Source of the DNA: an uncultured Clostridia bacterium
GTDB lineage: Bacteria > Bacillota > Clostridia > TANB77 > CAG-465
Reading direction: 5' to 3'
DNA length: 45,876 bases
Assembly: GCA_944383035.1 (NCBI GenBank)
Contig: CALWOE010000002.1
Span: 1 to 45,876, forward strand
This document shows positions 9,370 to 19,348 of this stretch, piece by piece. Position 1 is the stretch's first letter; each line of letters opens with the position of its first letter. Made by a program: the position numbers and the translations under genes. A model generated the notes under the pieces. That model did not search any database, was not told the origin of the DNA, and worked only from the letters and a program-made list of their open reading frames with translations.

Positions 9370-10632
9370 TTATATTAAATTTCCTTTTACGACATTGGAA
9401 TTTGGAGATTTAGTTGCAATCATTTTATCTACTAAATCTGAAGTTTCCATTGTATAATTTACAATAATCTTAGAATTATCACTTGTAGCTGAATTAGCAA
9501 ACATATTCCGATAACTAATAGCATTATTATTTGTAATATTAATTTGAGTTATAACATTATAGCAAGAACGAAACATTAAATCCATACTAGTTACTTGCTT
9601 AAAATTCCAATTATTTATATTCAAATTTTCCAATAAAGAACATAAGTCAAACATAAAACTCATACTTTTTACATTAGATACATCAAAACTACTCAAATCA
9701 AGATTTTTTATATTTTTACAACCTGTAAACATATATCCCATATTAGTTACATTAGATGTATTCCAATTACTTAAATTCAAACTTTGTAAAGAAGAACACT
9801 CACCAAATAATCCCATCATACTTTCTACATTAGATGTATTAAAGCTACTTAAATCTAAATTTAATAAAGAATTACAAAAAGAAAACATTTCATTCATATT
9901 TTTTACTTTTGAAGTATCTAGTAATTCTATATTTTCAATTTCTTTTAAATTTGTAAATCTATGAAAAACTTCTGATGAATTTTCATTTGCATATATTTTT
10001 TTGTTTCCACCTATAGTTACTATATATCCTCCTGAATTGTCATTTTGAATATATGAAATTACACTCTTATTTTGCTTACTTGAAATATCCCAAAATTCTA
10101 TAATATTATCTTGTGGAATATCAGTATTATTTTTAAAAATTATTTTTGATATTTTGCTTTTATATTTACTATTATGAAAATCATCATTAGAGCTAGAATT
10201 CCAATTTTTCATTATTGATAAAGTATTATCATTTAAAATTAAAAATCCCATTTCTTTAGCAATTTTTTCAACAATCTCATCATTACCAACATATGCTGGA
10301 CCTTCAGGTAAAGCTTCAAAATCTGGCTTATATTCTTCTAATATTACATCTTTTAAATCATCTTTTGTAATTAAATCTATATTTCCATTATATTTAATTC
10401 CTGCTTGAGAATGAGCTAATTGATATCTTTCTTTTATCACTTGCAAATCATTTCTAAGCTTTGCTTCTCTTGCACTATCAATAGGTGAATTTGATGTCAT
10501 TGCTAATATGATTGCTGAAAATAATATTATCATGATAATTATTGTGATTACTAATACTATTAAACTTATTCCTTTTTCATTTTTACATTTTATTTTTATA
10601 TTATTCATCATTATTTTTAATTTTTTATTCAT
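9370..10632 (-). CDS. Type IV pilin-like N-terminus fused to DUF285/BspA-family repeats; surface protein
   Basis: EKG/ISLIVLVITIIIMIIL; repeats LDLSSFNTSNVxxMxxMFxxC; RBS GAGGGAGG. Confidence 0.85.
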   Translation of the reverse strand: MNKKLKIMMNNIKIKCKNEKGISLIVLVITIIIMIILFSAIILAMTSNSPIDSAREAKLRNDLQVIKERYQLAHSQAGIKYNGNIDLITKDDLKDVILEEYKPDFEALPEGPAYVGNDEIVEKIAKEMGFLILNDNTLSIMKNWNSSSNDDFHNSKYKSKISKIIFKNNTDIPQDNIIEFWDISSKQNKSVISYIQNDNSGGYIVTIGGNKKIYANENSSEVFHRFTNLKEIENIELLDTSKVKNMNEMFSFCNSLLNLDLSSFNTSNVESMMGLFGECSSLQSLNLSNWNTSNVTNMGYMFTGCKNIKNLDLSSFDVSNVKSMSFMFDLCSLLENLNINNWNFKQVTSMDLMFRSCYNVITQINITNNNAISYRNMFANSATSDNSKIIVNYTMETSDLVDKMIATKSPNSNVVKGNLI

Positions 10633-10714
10633 ATATCCTCCCTCTTTTATTTATTTTATTATTTATATAAACTTTTTTAAATTGAAATTTTTCACAATTA
10701 TTATTTTTAAACGT

Positions 10715-10749
10715 AAAAAACCAATACTAGCTTATACTAGTACTGGTTT
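10715..10749 (-). terminator. Leader (attenuator) terminator upstream of the DUF285 pilin-like gene
   Basis: AAACCAGTACTAG-TATAAG-CTAGTATTGG-T6; stem identical to 2072-2107. Confidence 0.85.
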
Positions 10750-10797
10750 ACATTTTTTACATATTTTAACTGTTTCTCTTTTTTTACTTTACAATTT

Positions 10798-10848
10798 TTA
10801 CAAAATTTTACGTGTGTGTGTGTGTGTGTGTGTGTGTAGTATTATCAT
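10798..10848 (-). CDS. Leader peptide MIILHTHTHTHTRKIL* containing the (AC)13 repeat (short, predicted OFF frame)
   Basis: AGGAG RBS 7 nt before the ATG at 10848; homologous to 2166-2204. Confidence 0.75.
   Translation of the reverse strand: MIILHTHTHTHTRKIL
10812..10837. repeat. (GT)13 / (AC)13 dinucleotide simple sequence repeat
   Basis: Read directly. Confidence 0.95.
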
Positions 10849-10905
10849 ATCTATACTCCTTTTAGTTTACATATATATATTCTTTTATTTCCTGTTTATA
10901 CTAAA

Positions 10906-10934
10906 ATTATATATTTTTTTACAAAATTTTTCAA
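10906..10934 (-). promoter_or_regulatory. Sigma-A-like promoter of leader cassette 2
   Basis: TTGAAA-N17-TATAAT. Confidence 0.65.
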
Positions 10935-10977
10935 TATTTTTTGAAAAAATATATATTTTAATTTATTATATTACTTA

Positions 10978-11355
10978 TTATTTAAATATCTTAATAAAAT
11001 CTGTTATATCAGTGAAGTATATATTTCTATAATTTTCTCTTAAAAAGGCTCCCATTAAATGTGAGTTTTTGCCATTTGTAGCATAAGTATAGCCTGTATG
11101 GTATATTGGTATAAAAAATATTATTATAACATAAATCAAAATAAATATTTTCTTAAATAAATGTTTATTTAATATAACAAATTTTATAAAAAGCAAAATA
11201 TTTATAATTTCTATAATAAAAAATAAAATTATATTTGTAGAATTATACACATTAAATTTACTTTTTAATATTGTATAAAATGTTATTAATATAATTATTG
11301 GAAGTATAACATTTATAGTTAATAAAATTTTAAAAATATTAACTTTTATTTTCAT
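10978..11355 (-). CDS. Hypothetical membrane protein (about 3 TM segments)
   Basis: Hydrophobic ORF with AGGTG RBS. Confidence 0.6.
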   Translation of the reverse strand: MKIKVNIFKILLTINVILPIIILITFYTILKSKFNVYNSTNIILFFIIEIINILLFIKFVILNKHLFKKIFILIYVIIIFFIPIYHTGYTYATNGKNSHLMGAFLRENYRNIYFTDITDFIKIFK

Positions 11356-11404
11356 AACATCACCTATTAAATTTAAGAACCTGAATAATTTCAGGTTCTA
11401 TATA

Positions 11405-13192
11405 TTATTTTACTGATTTGTTTTCTACATCTTGTTTTAGCATTGAAACAAAGTCATCAATAGTAATATTATCTACTTTTTCACCATTTAATTTTCTAAT
11501 AGAAATTACATTATTTTCTTTTTCATTTTTACCAATTACAATCATATATGGTATTTTTTCTAATTGTGCTTTACGTATCTTATATCCAATTTTTTCATTA
11601 GAAGAATCTACTTCTGTTCTATAACCTAAAGAATGTAATTTATCTAAAATTAAATTTGAATATTCTATTTCATTATCTGAAATAGGCAATATTTTTACTT
11701 GTGTTGGTGCAAGCCAAGTAGGAAATACACCTTTTGTTTCTTCAATTAAAAATGCCATAAATCTATCCATCGAACCTAAAATCGCTCTATGTATTACAAC
11801 TGGTCTATGCTTTTTACCATCTTCTCCTGTATATTCAAGTTCAAATCTTTCAGGCAATGCAAAATCTAATTGACAAGTTGGAATTGTAATATCATGTCTT
11901 AGAGCAGTTTTAATCTGTATATCTATTTTTGGCCCATAGAAAGCAGCTTCTCCAACAGCTTCATAAAAGTCTATATTAAGTTTAGTTAATATTTCTCTTA
12001 ATTGACTTTCTGCAGTTTCCCACATTTCATCATTATCAATATATTTTTCTTTATTTTCTTTATCTCTTAATGATAGACGATATTTAAAAGATGACGCATC
12101 AAATCCAAAATCTTTTTGATATACTTCTGTAATTAAATTTAAAACTTTACCAACTTCATCTTTTATTTGATCCGGTCTTACAAATAAATGAGCATCATTT
12201 TGACACATTTCACGTACTCTTTCAATACCACATACAGCACCACTATCTTCATATCTAAAATCATGTGCAAGCTCACCAATTCTAATTGGTAAATCACGAT
12301 ATGAATGAATATTATGTTTATATATAAGCATATGATGTGGACAATTCATTGGTCTTAATACTAATTCTTCATTACCCATTTTCATCATTGGAAACATATC
12401 ATCTTTATAATGATCCCAATGTCCACTTGTTTTATATAATTCAACATTTGCAAGAGATGGTGTATATACATGTTTATATCCAAGTGCTACTTCTTTATCC
12501 ATAATATATCTTTCAAGTAATCTTCTTATTGTTGCACCATTTGGTAAATACATTGGAAGTCCAGATCCTACCAGTTCATGTGTCATAAATAACTCTAAAT
12601 CTTTACCAATTTTTCTATGATCTCTTCTTTTTGCATCTTCTAAAAACTCTAAATGTTTTTCTAAATCTTCTTTACTTCCAAAGGCAGTACCATATATTCT
12701 CTGTAACATTTTATTTTTTTCGTCTCCACGCCAATATGCACCAGTAACATTAAATAATTTAAATGCTTTTACACCTTTTGTATATAAAAGATGAGGACCA
12801 GTACATAAATCAATATATTCGCCTTGTTTAAAAAATGATATTTCTTCATTTTCATCAAGATCGTTTATAAGCTCAACTTTATACGTTTCATTCATTTCTT
12901 TCATCAATTTTATGGCTTCATTTCTTTCTAATTTAAAACTTTCTATTTTTAAATTTTCTTTTATAATTTTTTTCATTTCAGCTTCAATATTTACTAAATC
13001 ATCATTTGTAAGTCTATGTTCCATATCAAAATCATAATAAAAGCCATCTTCAATTGCAGGTCCTATTGCAAGCTTTACATCTTTAAAAAGTCTTTTTACA
13101 GCTTGAGCCATTATATGTGAAGTTGTATGTCTTAAAATATCTAAATTTAATTCACCTTCAAAAACTTCTCCATTACTATTAATATACTTCAT
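11405..13192 (-). CDS. thrS: Threonine--tRNA ligase
   Basis: LRHTTSHIMAQAV, DLCTGPH, RDHRKIG, PMNCPHH, GEAAFYGPK, IHRAILGS. Confidence 0.97.
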   Translation of the reverse strand: MKYINSNGEVFEGELNLDILRHTTSHIMAQAVKRLFKDVKLAIGPAIEDGFYYDFDMEHRLTNDDLVNIEAEMKKIIKENLKIESFKLERNEAIKLMKEMNETYKVELINDLDENEEISFFKQGEYIDLCTGPHLLYTKGVKAFKLFNVTGAYWRGDEKNKMLQRIYGTAFGSKEDLEKHLEFLEDAKRRDHRKIGKDLELFMTHELVGSGLPMYLPNGATIRRLLERYIMDKEVALGYKHVYTPSLANVELYKTSGHWDHYKDDMFPMMKMGNEELVLRPMNCPHHMLIYKHNIHSYRDLPIRIGELAHDFRYEDSGAVCGIERVREMCQNDAHLFVRPDQIKDEVGKVLNLITEVYQKDFGFDASSFKYRLSLRDKENKEKYIDNDEMWETAESQLREILTKLNIDFYEAVGEAAFYGPKIDIQIKTALRHDITIPTCQLDFALPERFELEYTGEDGKKHRPVVIHRAILGSMDRFMAFLIEETKGVFPTWLAPTQVKILPISDNEIEYSNLILDKLHSLGYRTEVDSSNEKIGYKIRKAQLEKIPYMIVIGKNEKENNVISIRKLNGEKVDNITIDDFVSMLKQDVENKSVK

Positions 13193-13218
13193 AAAAAATC
13201 ACTCCTTTTCTATATAAC

Positions 13219-13438
13219 AAAAAATGTACCTCTATGAACATACATTTTTTGTTCATAGGGGTACAAATATTTGCACGGTTCCACCCTAATTTTTAACTTA
13301 ATTTTGATTTTACGAAATCAACGGTAGTTTCCTACTAGCTCAGAGGTAGTTTTCAAAATACTCTTGCTAAAATCAGCTTACAGCCACGACTGATTCTCTC
13401 TTGTAGTAGTGTATATTTTTACTCGTCTCGTCAACGCT
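13219..13438 (-). promoter_or_regulatory. T-box riboswitch (Thr) leader with terminator
   Basis: AGAGA and GCTG motifs in stem I; Thr codon(s) in GAAAACUACC; T-box AGGGTGGAACCGTG near 13275-13288; terminator hairpin with U tail at 13219-13264. Confidence 0.9.
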
Positions 13439-13444
13439 AAGTTT

Positions 13445-13473
13445 ATTATACTATTAAATGTTAATTTTGTCAA
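13445..13473 (-). promoter_or_regulatory. Sigma-A promoter of thrS
   Basis: TTGACA-N17-TATAAT. Confidence 0.8.
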
Positions 13474-13477
13474 CTTA

Positions 13478-16400
13478 TTATGCATAAGTCATTTGCAATG
13501 TAAGTATTGGTGAAACATTTCCAGCTTTATCAAAAGCACGAATTTCAAAACGACACGCTATATTATGAACTGATGGAAAGAAACCTTCACCATAGCCTTC
13601 AAAATCATCAGGAGTAAGCCATTCTTCATAATTTGGATAACTTTCCGGTTCATTTGTTTCCCAATCATCTAAGTAACCATTTTTATAGTCTCTATATTTA
13701 TATTCATTATATGATTCACCACTTAAATTATCATTAGCATTAGTGTTAAAAGACCATTTCAAATCAACATTTTTATAATAACAAACTTGATCAGTAGTTG
13801 CATATTTATTATCAAAACCAGTCGCTCCGTCATACCATTCACCATAGTTATTAGCATCTCTAAGATATGGAGTACATGGTGCTGTTTTATCAATATGCCA
13901 ATTAAATCCACCATTCATCCATCCTGTCCAATTTCCTGCAACATCTCTAAAACGAATAAATAATTTTTTTCCTTCACTACCAAAATAGTCTGATGCTGTT
14001 GTTCCATTAAATGTCATATCAAATGCAGCGAAAGAATTATATATATTATTTACATCATCTGTTTTTGTATATCTCCATTCAATATACATCTTTCCTCCAC
14101 TTTGATATATTCCTGATGCATTATCACTTGCATTAAAAGTTATTGTTCTTCTATCTGTATTTGTCCAATTATTCATTGTAGAACTATTTGTCCATGATAC
14201 ATTAGAATAAGATGGAGGTGTTGTATCTTTGTAAACCGTTAAAGTTCTGGCTGATGATTTATTTCCTGCATTATCATATGTATATGCAGTAATTGTTGTT
14301 GCTCCATCTGCAGTTATAGTAACTACACCATTATTTGCAATTGTTGTTTCACCTCTTGACATTGCACCACTTAGTGAATATACAACTCTATTTACTCCAG
14401 ATCCATCATCTGTTCCTTGTGTTACTCTAACTCCAATATTTGATCTATACCAACCACTATCTCCTAAAGTTCCACTAACTATTGAAAGTCCCGGTGCTGT
14501 TGGAGCTTTTTCATCTCTCCATACCGCATATAGATTTACTGTTGATCCTCCTACTGTTGTTAAGTTTATTACACTTTGCCCATTTGTAAATTCTACTCCG
14601 CCTCCAGATGATCTAGACCATCCTTTAAAATTATATCCCGTTCTTGAAAATCCATTCCAATTTAAATTCTTTGCTACATCAATATAATGGGTGCTACTTG
14701 CTGTACTACCTGATGTTGCTCCATTACCATTATATTTTACTGTATAAGTTAATGCTTTCCATTGTGCATATAATGTAATATTTCCTGTTGCTGTATAACT
14801 TGCTCCGCCATTTCCAACTTTAGTACCACCACTTGCTGCAGTGTACCATCCTAAGAACTCATATCCTGTTCTTGTTGGTGTTGGAAGTGTAATTGCATCA
14901 TTTTTGTAATTTGCAGTTACTGTACCAGAACCTGCTCTAAATCTATATACTGTACCATCTAAAATACCATTACCGCTTAATGTCCAATTTGTAAATGACT
15001 TTGTTGTATTGATTGCTGCTGGAGTACTTCCACCATTCCCATTAAATGTTACCTTGTAACCTGCTGGAGGTGTTGCTTTACCTAAATCTATAGTTGTGTT
15101 GTAATCTTGTGTTCTTGTACTATTTGATGTTGTATTATTCCATCTACCTCCATTTGGATTTATTGTTAATATATATCCATCTGTTAAATCATTAGTTACA
15201 ACACTTGTCTTATTTTTGTTTGTGGCACTATCTTTAACCCATACATAATGTGTTCCTGTTTGTGTAAGTCCTGTTATTATTTGAGCTGTTGTGCAATCAG
15301 CTGGATTTACTTCTTTATATGTTGGTTCTGCTGTTGAACTTGTTGTCTCACCATAATATTTTACTCCACTTAAATTATCTGTTCCATATAACAAGATTGC
15401 ATTACCATGATTTGCATCAAATACTGTTGCACTTGCAATTTCCCATGTAACCGGTGCAGAGCCATCATCTAAATAAAAGAAATTTGTAGTTTCAAATGTC
15501 CCACTTGATCCGCATTTAACTTCACATATATATTCTTCAAACTCTCCTGTGCCTTGTTGTGAAGTAAGCCATCTATAACTGTATCCATCACCAATTTGAT
15601 TTGTACCCAAATTTATCTTATATCCTTTTGGAAATTTTGCAAGTATTCTTGTTACATATACTTTATTTGGAAGTGATTCTGTTCCAAAATATACTCCTCC
15701 TAGTCCTGGTGAAGCAGTTCCTAAAGTTTTAACCTCTATACCATAACCACTTCCTGTTGGAGTTTCCATTGCTTTTCTTGTTATAATTACATTTCCATTA
15801 TTAGAATTATTATATACTTCTAAACCATTTAAACCACTAGCAAAATTTAAATCTTTGTACATCATAATTCCAGTATATGCTACAACATTTGGATTTACTT
15901 TATCAATATTTGTTACATCGTGTATTGTTTCTACTACTTGTCCAGATATATCTCTTACTCTTGCATAAACTTTCCCATTTTCTTCTATTACAAATGGTTG
16001 TTTATACAAAGAATAATTTACACTACTTGGATCTGTACCTTCTGGTACAAATTTATATTCGTTTATAATATCTGTACCATCTTTATACACAATTGTACAA
16101 TTAACATTTCTATTTGTCCATTCAGTAGGTGTATGTGTAACTACTGGTAACTCTAAGTTCTCAGTAGTTACAGTTTTAGTAGAACTTGTTTTTACATTTC
16201 CTGCATTATCAATTATTTGTATTTTTATATTATATGTTGTATTCATTTTTAATCCAGAAATTGTATAAACATTAGATTTTTTCTCATCTGTCCATGTTTT
16301 TCCATCATCAATGCTGTACTTAAATCCTCTAATATCACTCTTTCCATCTACTGCTGTTGCATCAGCATCTTTTGCTCCATCTACAAATATAGATATTGAA

Positions 16401-17899
16401 CTTGAACTTATTCTATATCTTGGTTCAAAATCAAGAGGTGCAAGTCTATCTATAATTTCTACTTTTATTTGAGCTGTTTTACCAACATTTGAACCAACAA
16501 CTCCTCTTGCATAAACAATTGTATTATTATCTGTTACTGTTACTGGAGCAGTATAATTATGCCATGTTGAATTGTCGAAACTATATTGTTTTGTTACATT
16601 ACTATCCATATCATATATAATTTCTACTTTAACACCTTGATTTGTCCATGTATCTGGTGTTAATTTAAAGCTTATATCTCCATTTATATTATCTGGATCA
16701 TCTGTACCGCCAGTTTCATTTCCTCCACCAACATTTCCAGTTGTATCATTTTTACCAGATAATCTTTCATTTCCAACGTTATCTACCGCTTTTACTACAA
16801 ATTCATAACTTGTATTTTGGTTAAGTCCTGTATATGTATAATTTCCACTTGATTGTATAGGTGTCCATGTCTTTCCACCATCATTACTGAATTGATATCC
16901 TTTCATTCCACTTGTAGCACTATTTTCTCCTGTAGCATCTGTTGTTGAAGCTGTAATTGTAACTGATGTTAAATCTGCATTAGTTGTAATTTCAAATGGT
17001 AATGGTGGCAGAATATCAATATTTGTTACATCTATTTTTGTCTCTGCAGTATTTCCACTAGGATCTTCTGCTTTTGCTACAACTTCTCCATTTTTATTTA
17101 CTGTTATTTGTTGTTCTCCATCTCCTGTTTTAGTCCAAGTGTTTTCTACTTTATATTCATTTGTTATATTTTCTTGTTTTTCATATATTGCTGTTACTGT
17201 ACCAGGACCTTTTATATATTCATCATTAGAATAAATAAGTTCTGGTGCAATTACTGGTTTTGTCGCAACTTCTATTATATCAGAAGTATCAGTTTTACCG
17301 TCTTCATCTGTTACTGTTACTTTAACATAATATGTTGTATCATCTTTATGTCCTATAGATATATATCCATCGTCTGTTATTGTAACATCTGTCCATGTTT
17401 TTCCATCCTCAGATATACTATACTCATATTCTTTTATTGGTGTACTGTCATCTTTTATTATTGTTGAAATGTTAATTCTATCTGTACCAGTTGAAGTTTC
17501 AATTCTATCAATAATTGGGTATCTGTCTTTACTACCATCAATACATCCCATATCTATAGCAATTTCTTTTTCTTCTTCGTCGTCACCTATATATTCCAAA
17601 CCATCTTCTGTTGCTATAAATTTATCTTTATACTCATTAGGTACAACATCTTTTAAGTCTTCTTCCGTTATTTCTTTATTTCCTAAACTATTAAACTTAT
17701 AATCTTGTATAATAGATTCTCTTTGCTCTAGCATTGCTAATATATCATTTCTAAGTTTTGTTTCTTGTGCTTTTTTAGTAGGATTAGTTCTTAAATATCC
17801 AAATGCTATAGTACCTACAAGTATAAGTATTATAACAATTGTTACAACAAGCACAATTAAAGTAATACCTTGTTTTTTATTATAAGTTAATTTGTTCAT
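13478..17899 (-). CDS. Large pilin-like adhesin: class III-like N-terminus, FN3/Ig-like domains, putative carbohydrate-binding beta-sandwich, InlB-B (Listeria-Bacteroides) repeats
   Basis: KQG/ITLIVLVVTIVIILIL; GLNQNTSYEFVVKAVDNVGN; PTRTGYEFLGWY...TLYAQW; ATG at 17899 after GGAGGGG. Confidence 0.85.
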   Translation of the reverse strand: MNKLTYNKKQGITLIVLVVTIVIILILVGTIAFGYLRTNPTKKAQETKLRNDILAMLEQRESIIQDYKFNSLGNKEITEEDLKDVVPNEYKDKFIATEDGLEYIGDDEEEKEIAIDMGCIDGSKDRYPIIDRIETSTGTDRINISTIIKDDSTPIKEYEYSISEDGKTWTDVTITDDGYISIGHKDDTTYYVKVTVTDEDGKTDTSDIIEVATKPVIAPELIYSNDEYIKGPGTVTAIYEKQENITNEYKVENTWTKTGDGEQQITVNKNGEVVAKAEDPSGNTAETKIDVTNIDILPPLPFEITTNADLTSVTITASTTDATGENSATSGMKGYQFSNDGGKTWTPIQSSGNYTYTGLNQNTSYEFVVKAVDNVGNERLSGKNDTTGNVGGGNETGGTDDPDNINGDISFKLTPDTWTNQGVKVEIIYDMDSNVTKQYSFDNSTWHNYTAPVTVTDNNTIVYARGVVGSNVGKTAQIKVEIIDRLAPLDFEPRYRISSSSISIFVDGAKDADATAVDGKSDIRGFKYSIDDGKTWTDEKKSNVYTISGLKMNTTYNIKIQIIDNAGNVKTSSTKTVTTENLELPVVTHTPTEWTNRNVNCTIVYKDGTDIINEYKFVPEGTDPSSVNYSLYKQPFVIEENGKVYARVRDISGQVVETIHDVTNIDKVNPNVVAYTGIMMYKDLNFASGLNGLEVYNNSNNGNVIITRKAMETPTGSGYGIEVKTLGTASPGLGGVYFGTESLPNKVYVTRILAKFPKGYKINLGTNQIGDGYSYRWLTSQQGTGEFEEYICEVKCGSSGTFETTNFFYLDDGSAPVTWEIASATVFDANHGNAILLYGTDNLSGVKYYGETTSSTAEPTYKEVNPADCTTAQIITGLTQTGTHYVWVKDSATNKNKTSVVTNDLTDGYILTINPNGGRWNNTTSNSTRTQDYNTTIDLGKATPPAGYKVTFNGNGGSTPAAINTTKSFTNWTLSGNGILDGTVYRFRAGSGTVTANYKNDAITLPTPTRTGYEFLGWYTAASGGTKVGNGGASYTATGNITLYAQWKALTYTVKYNGNGATSGSTASSTHYIDVAKNLNWNGFSRTGYNFKGWSRSSGGGVEFTNGQSVINLTTVGGSTVNLYAVWRDEKAPTAPGLSIVSGTLGDSGWYRSNIGVRVTQGTDDGSGVNRVVYSLSGAMSRGETTIANNGVVTITADGATTITAYTYDNAGNKSSARTLTVYKDTTPPSYSNVSWTNSSTMNNWTNTDRRTITFNASDNASGIYQSGGKMYIEWRYTKTDDVNNIYNSFAAFDMTFNGTTASDYFGSEGKKLFIRFRDVAGNWTGWMNGGFNWHIDKTAPCTPYLRDANNYGEWYDGATGFDNKYATTDQVCYYKNVDLKWSFNTNANDNLSGESYNEYKYRDYKNGYLDDWETNEPESYPNYEEWLTPDDFEGYGEGFFPSVHNIACRFEIRAFDKAGNVSPILTLQMTYA

Positions 17900-17935
17900 A
17901 TACCCCTCCACATAAACTACAAAACATATACATAT

Positions 17936-17964
17936 ATTATACTCTTAAATTAATTCTATTTCAA
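17936..17964 (-). promoter_or_regulatory. Sigma-A-like promoter of the large adhesin (no repeat leader or attenuator)
   Basis: TTGAAA-N17-TATAAT about 35 nt upstream of the ATG. Confidence 0.6.
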
Positions 17965-18063
17965 CAAAATTAAAATTTATAAGCTTATGTAATTTTTTTT
18001 TAATTTACATGAAATATTTTTGTAATAAATCAATTATATATATATAATTTAGCAATTATTGAC

Positions 18064-18106
18064 AAAAAAAAAAAAAAACAGATGCATAATATTTTATTAT
18101 ACATCC
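18064..18106 (-). terminator. Intrinsic terminator of the dnaK operon
   Basis: GGATGTATAATA/TATTATGCATCT stem followed by T15. Confidence 0.75.
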
Positions 18107-18181
18107 TTATTATTTTTATTTACTAAAAAAACCTTTTTTTTTTTTTTTTACTTCATCACCAGTAAGATTTGCAAATTTTCT

Positions 18182-19276
18182 TTATATATCTTTTTGTTTC
18201 TCACTTAATTTTTTTGGTATATCAACTTTTACAGTAAATTCAAGATCACCTTTTCCTCTACCATTTATTTTTGGTATACCTTTATCTTTAAGTCTAAATT
18301 TTGCGCCATCTTGTGTTCCTTCTGGTATATCAAATTCAACTTCGTTTTCAAGAGTTGGAACTCTAATGCTACCACCTAATACAAGTTTAGTAAACGGAAC
18401 TTTAATGTCTGCGAAAATATCAAATCCATTTCTTTTAAATAACTTATGTGGTTGTATATTAACTACAACAAATAGGTCACCATTAGGACCTCCGTGTCTT
18501 CCAACATCACCTTCGCCATGTAAAGATATTGCTTGACCATTATCAATTCCTGCTGGTATTGATATACTAATTTTTCTTGTTTTTTTAGTTATACCTTTAC
18601 CTCTACATGAGTCACATGGATCTTTAATTATCTTACCTGTACCACCACATTTATCACAAGTTTTTACAGTAGAAAAAGTTCCCATTATTGTATTTTGTAC
18701 AGATTGAATCTTCCCTCTACCATTACATTTATCACATGTAACAGGATTTGTTCCTGGTTTTGCACCAGTTCCATGACAAATTGCACAATTTTCATTTCTT
18801 GATATATTAATGTCTTTTTTTACACCAAAAGCAGCTTCTTCAAAAGATATATTCATATTATATCTTAAATCAGCACCTTTAGTAGGTCCATTCTTTTTAT
18901 TTGAATAACTACTTCCAAATCCACCACCAAAGACACTACCTAATATATCTTCTAAATCGATGTCAATACCGCCTGCTCCACCAAATCCAGAAAAATCAAA
19001 TCCGCCAAATCCACCATATGAAGAAGCTCCACCATATCCTGCTTGTTCAAAATTAGAACCAAATCTATCATATTGTGCTCTTTTTTCTTTATCTGATAAA
19101 ACTGAATATGCCTCACTTATTTCTTTAAATTTTGCTTCAGCAGCTGTTTTATCATCACCAGTATATGAATCTGGATGATATTTTTTTGCAAGTTTTCTAT
19201 ATGCCTTTTTTAATTCTTCATCAGTCACATCACGTGATACGCCCAAAATCTCATAATAATCTTTTGACTGTGCCAC
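18182..19276 (-). CDS. dnaJ: Chaperone DnaJ (apparent premature TAA; the frame continues to 18116)
   Basis: HPD J-domain, G/F region, four CxxCxGxG repeats. Confidence 0.96.
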   Translation of the reverse strand: MAQSKDYYEILGVSRDVTDEELKKAYRKLAKKYHPDSYTGDDKTAAEAKFKEISEAYSVLSDKEKRAQYDRFGSNFEQAGYGGASSYGGFGGFDFSGFGGAGGIDIDLEDILGSVFGGGFGSSYSNKKNGPTKGADLRYNMNISFEEAAFGVKKDINISRNENCAICHGTGAKPGTNPVTCDKCNGRGKIQSVQNTIMGTFSTVKTCDKCGGTGKIIKDPCDSCRGKGITKKTRKISISIPAGIDNGQAISLHGEGDVGRHGGPNGDLFVVVNIQPHKLFKRNGFDIFADIKVPFTKLVLGGSIRVPTLENEVEFDIPEGTQDGAKFRLKDKGIPKINGRGKGDLEFTVKVDIPKKLSEKQKDI

Positions 19277-19348
19277 AAAATCGTCCCCCTATTTAACTTT
19301 AATATAGGGTGTAAGATTAAAAATATCTTGCACCCCATAAATTAGTAA

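Noticed and set aside
10508..11032. 174-aa plus-strand ORF with VCVCVC
   Set aside because: Antisense shadow across the leader cassette and pilin start; low-complexity, no RBS.
18059..18090. TTGACA-poly(A)-CATAAT as a phase-variable plus-strand promoter
   Set aside because: The spacer is 20 nt, it would point antisense into dnaJ, and the A15 run is explained as the U tail of the dnaJ terminator.
18134..18149. T16 run as a contingency locus
   Set aside because: It encodes the poly-Lys of the DnaJ tail, in frame; no plausible switch function.
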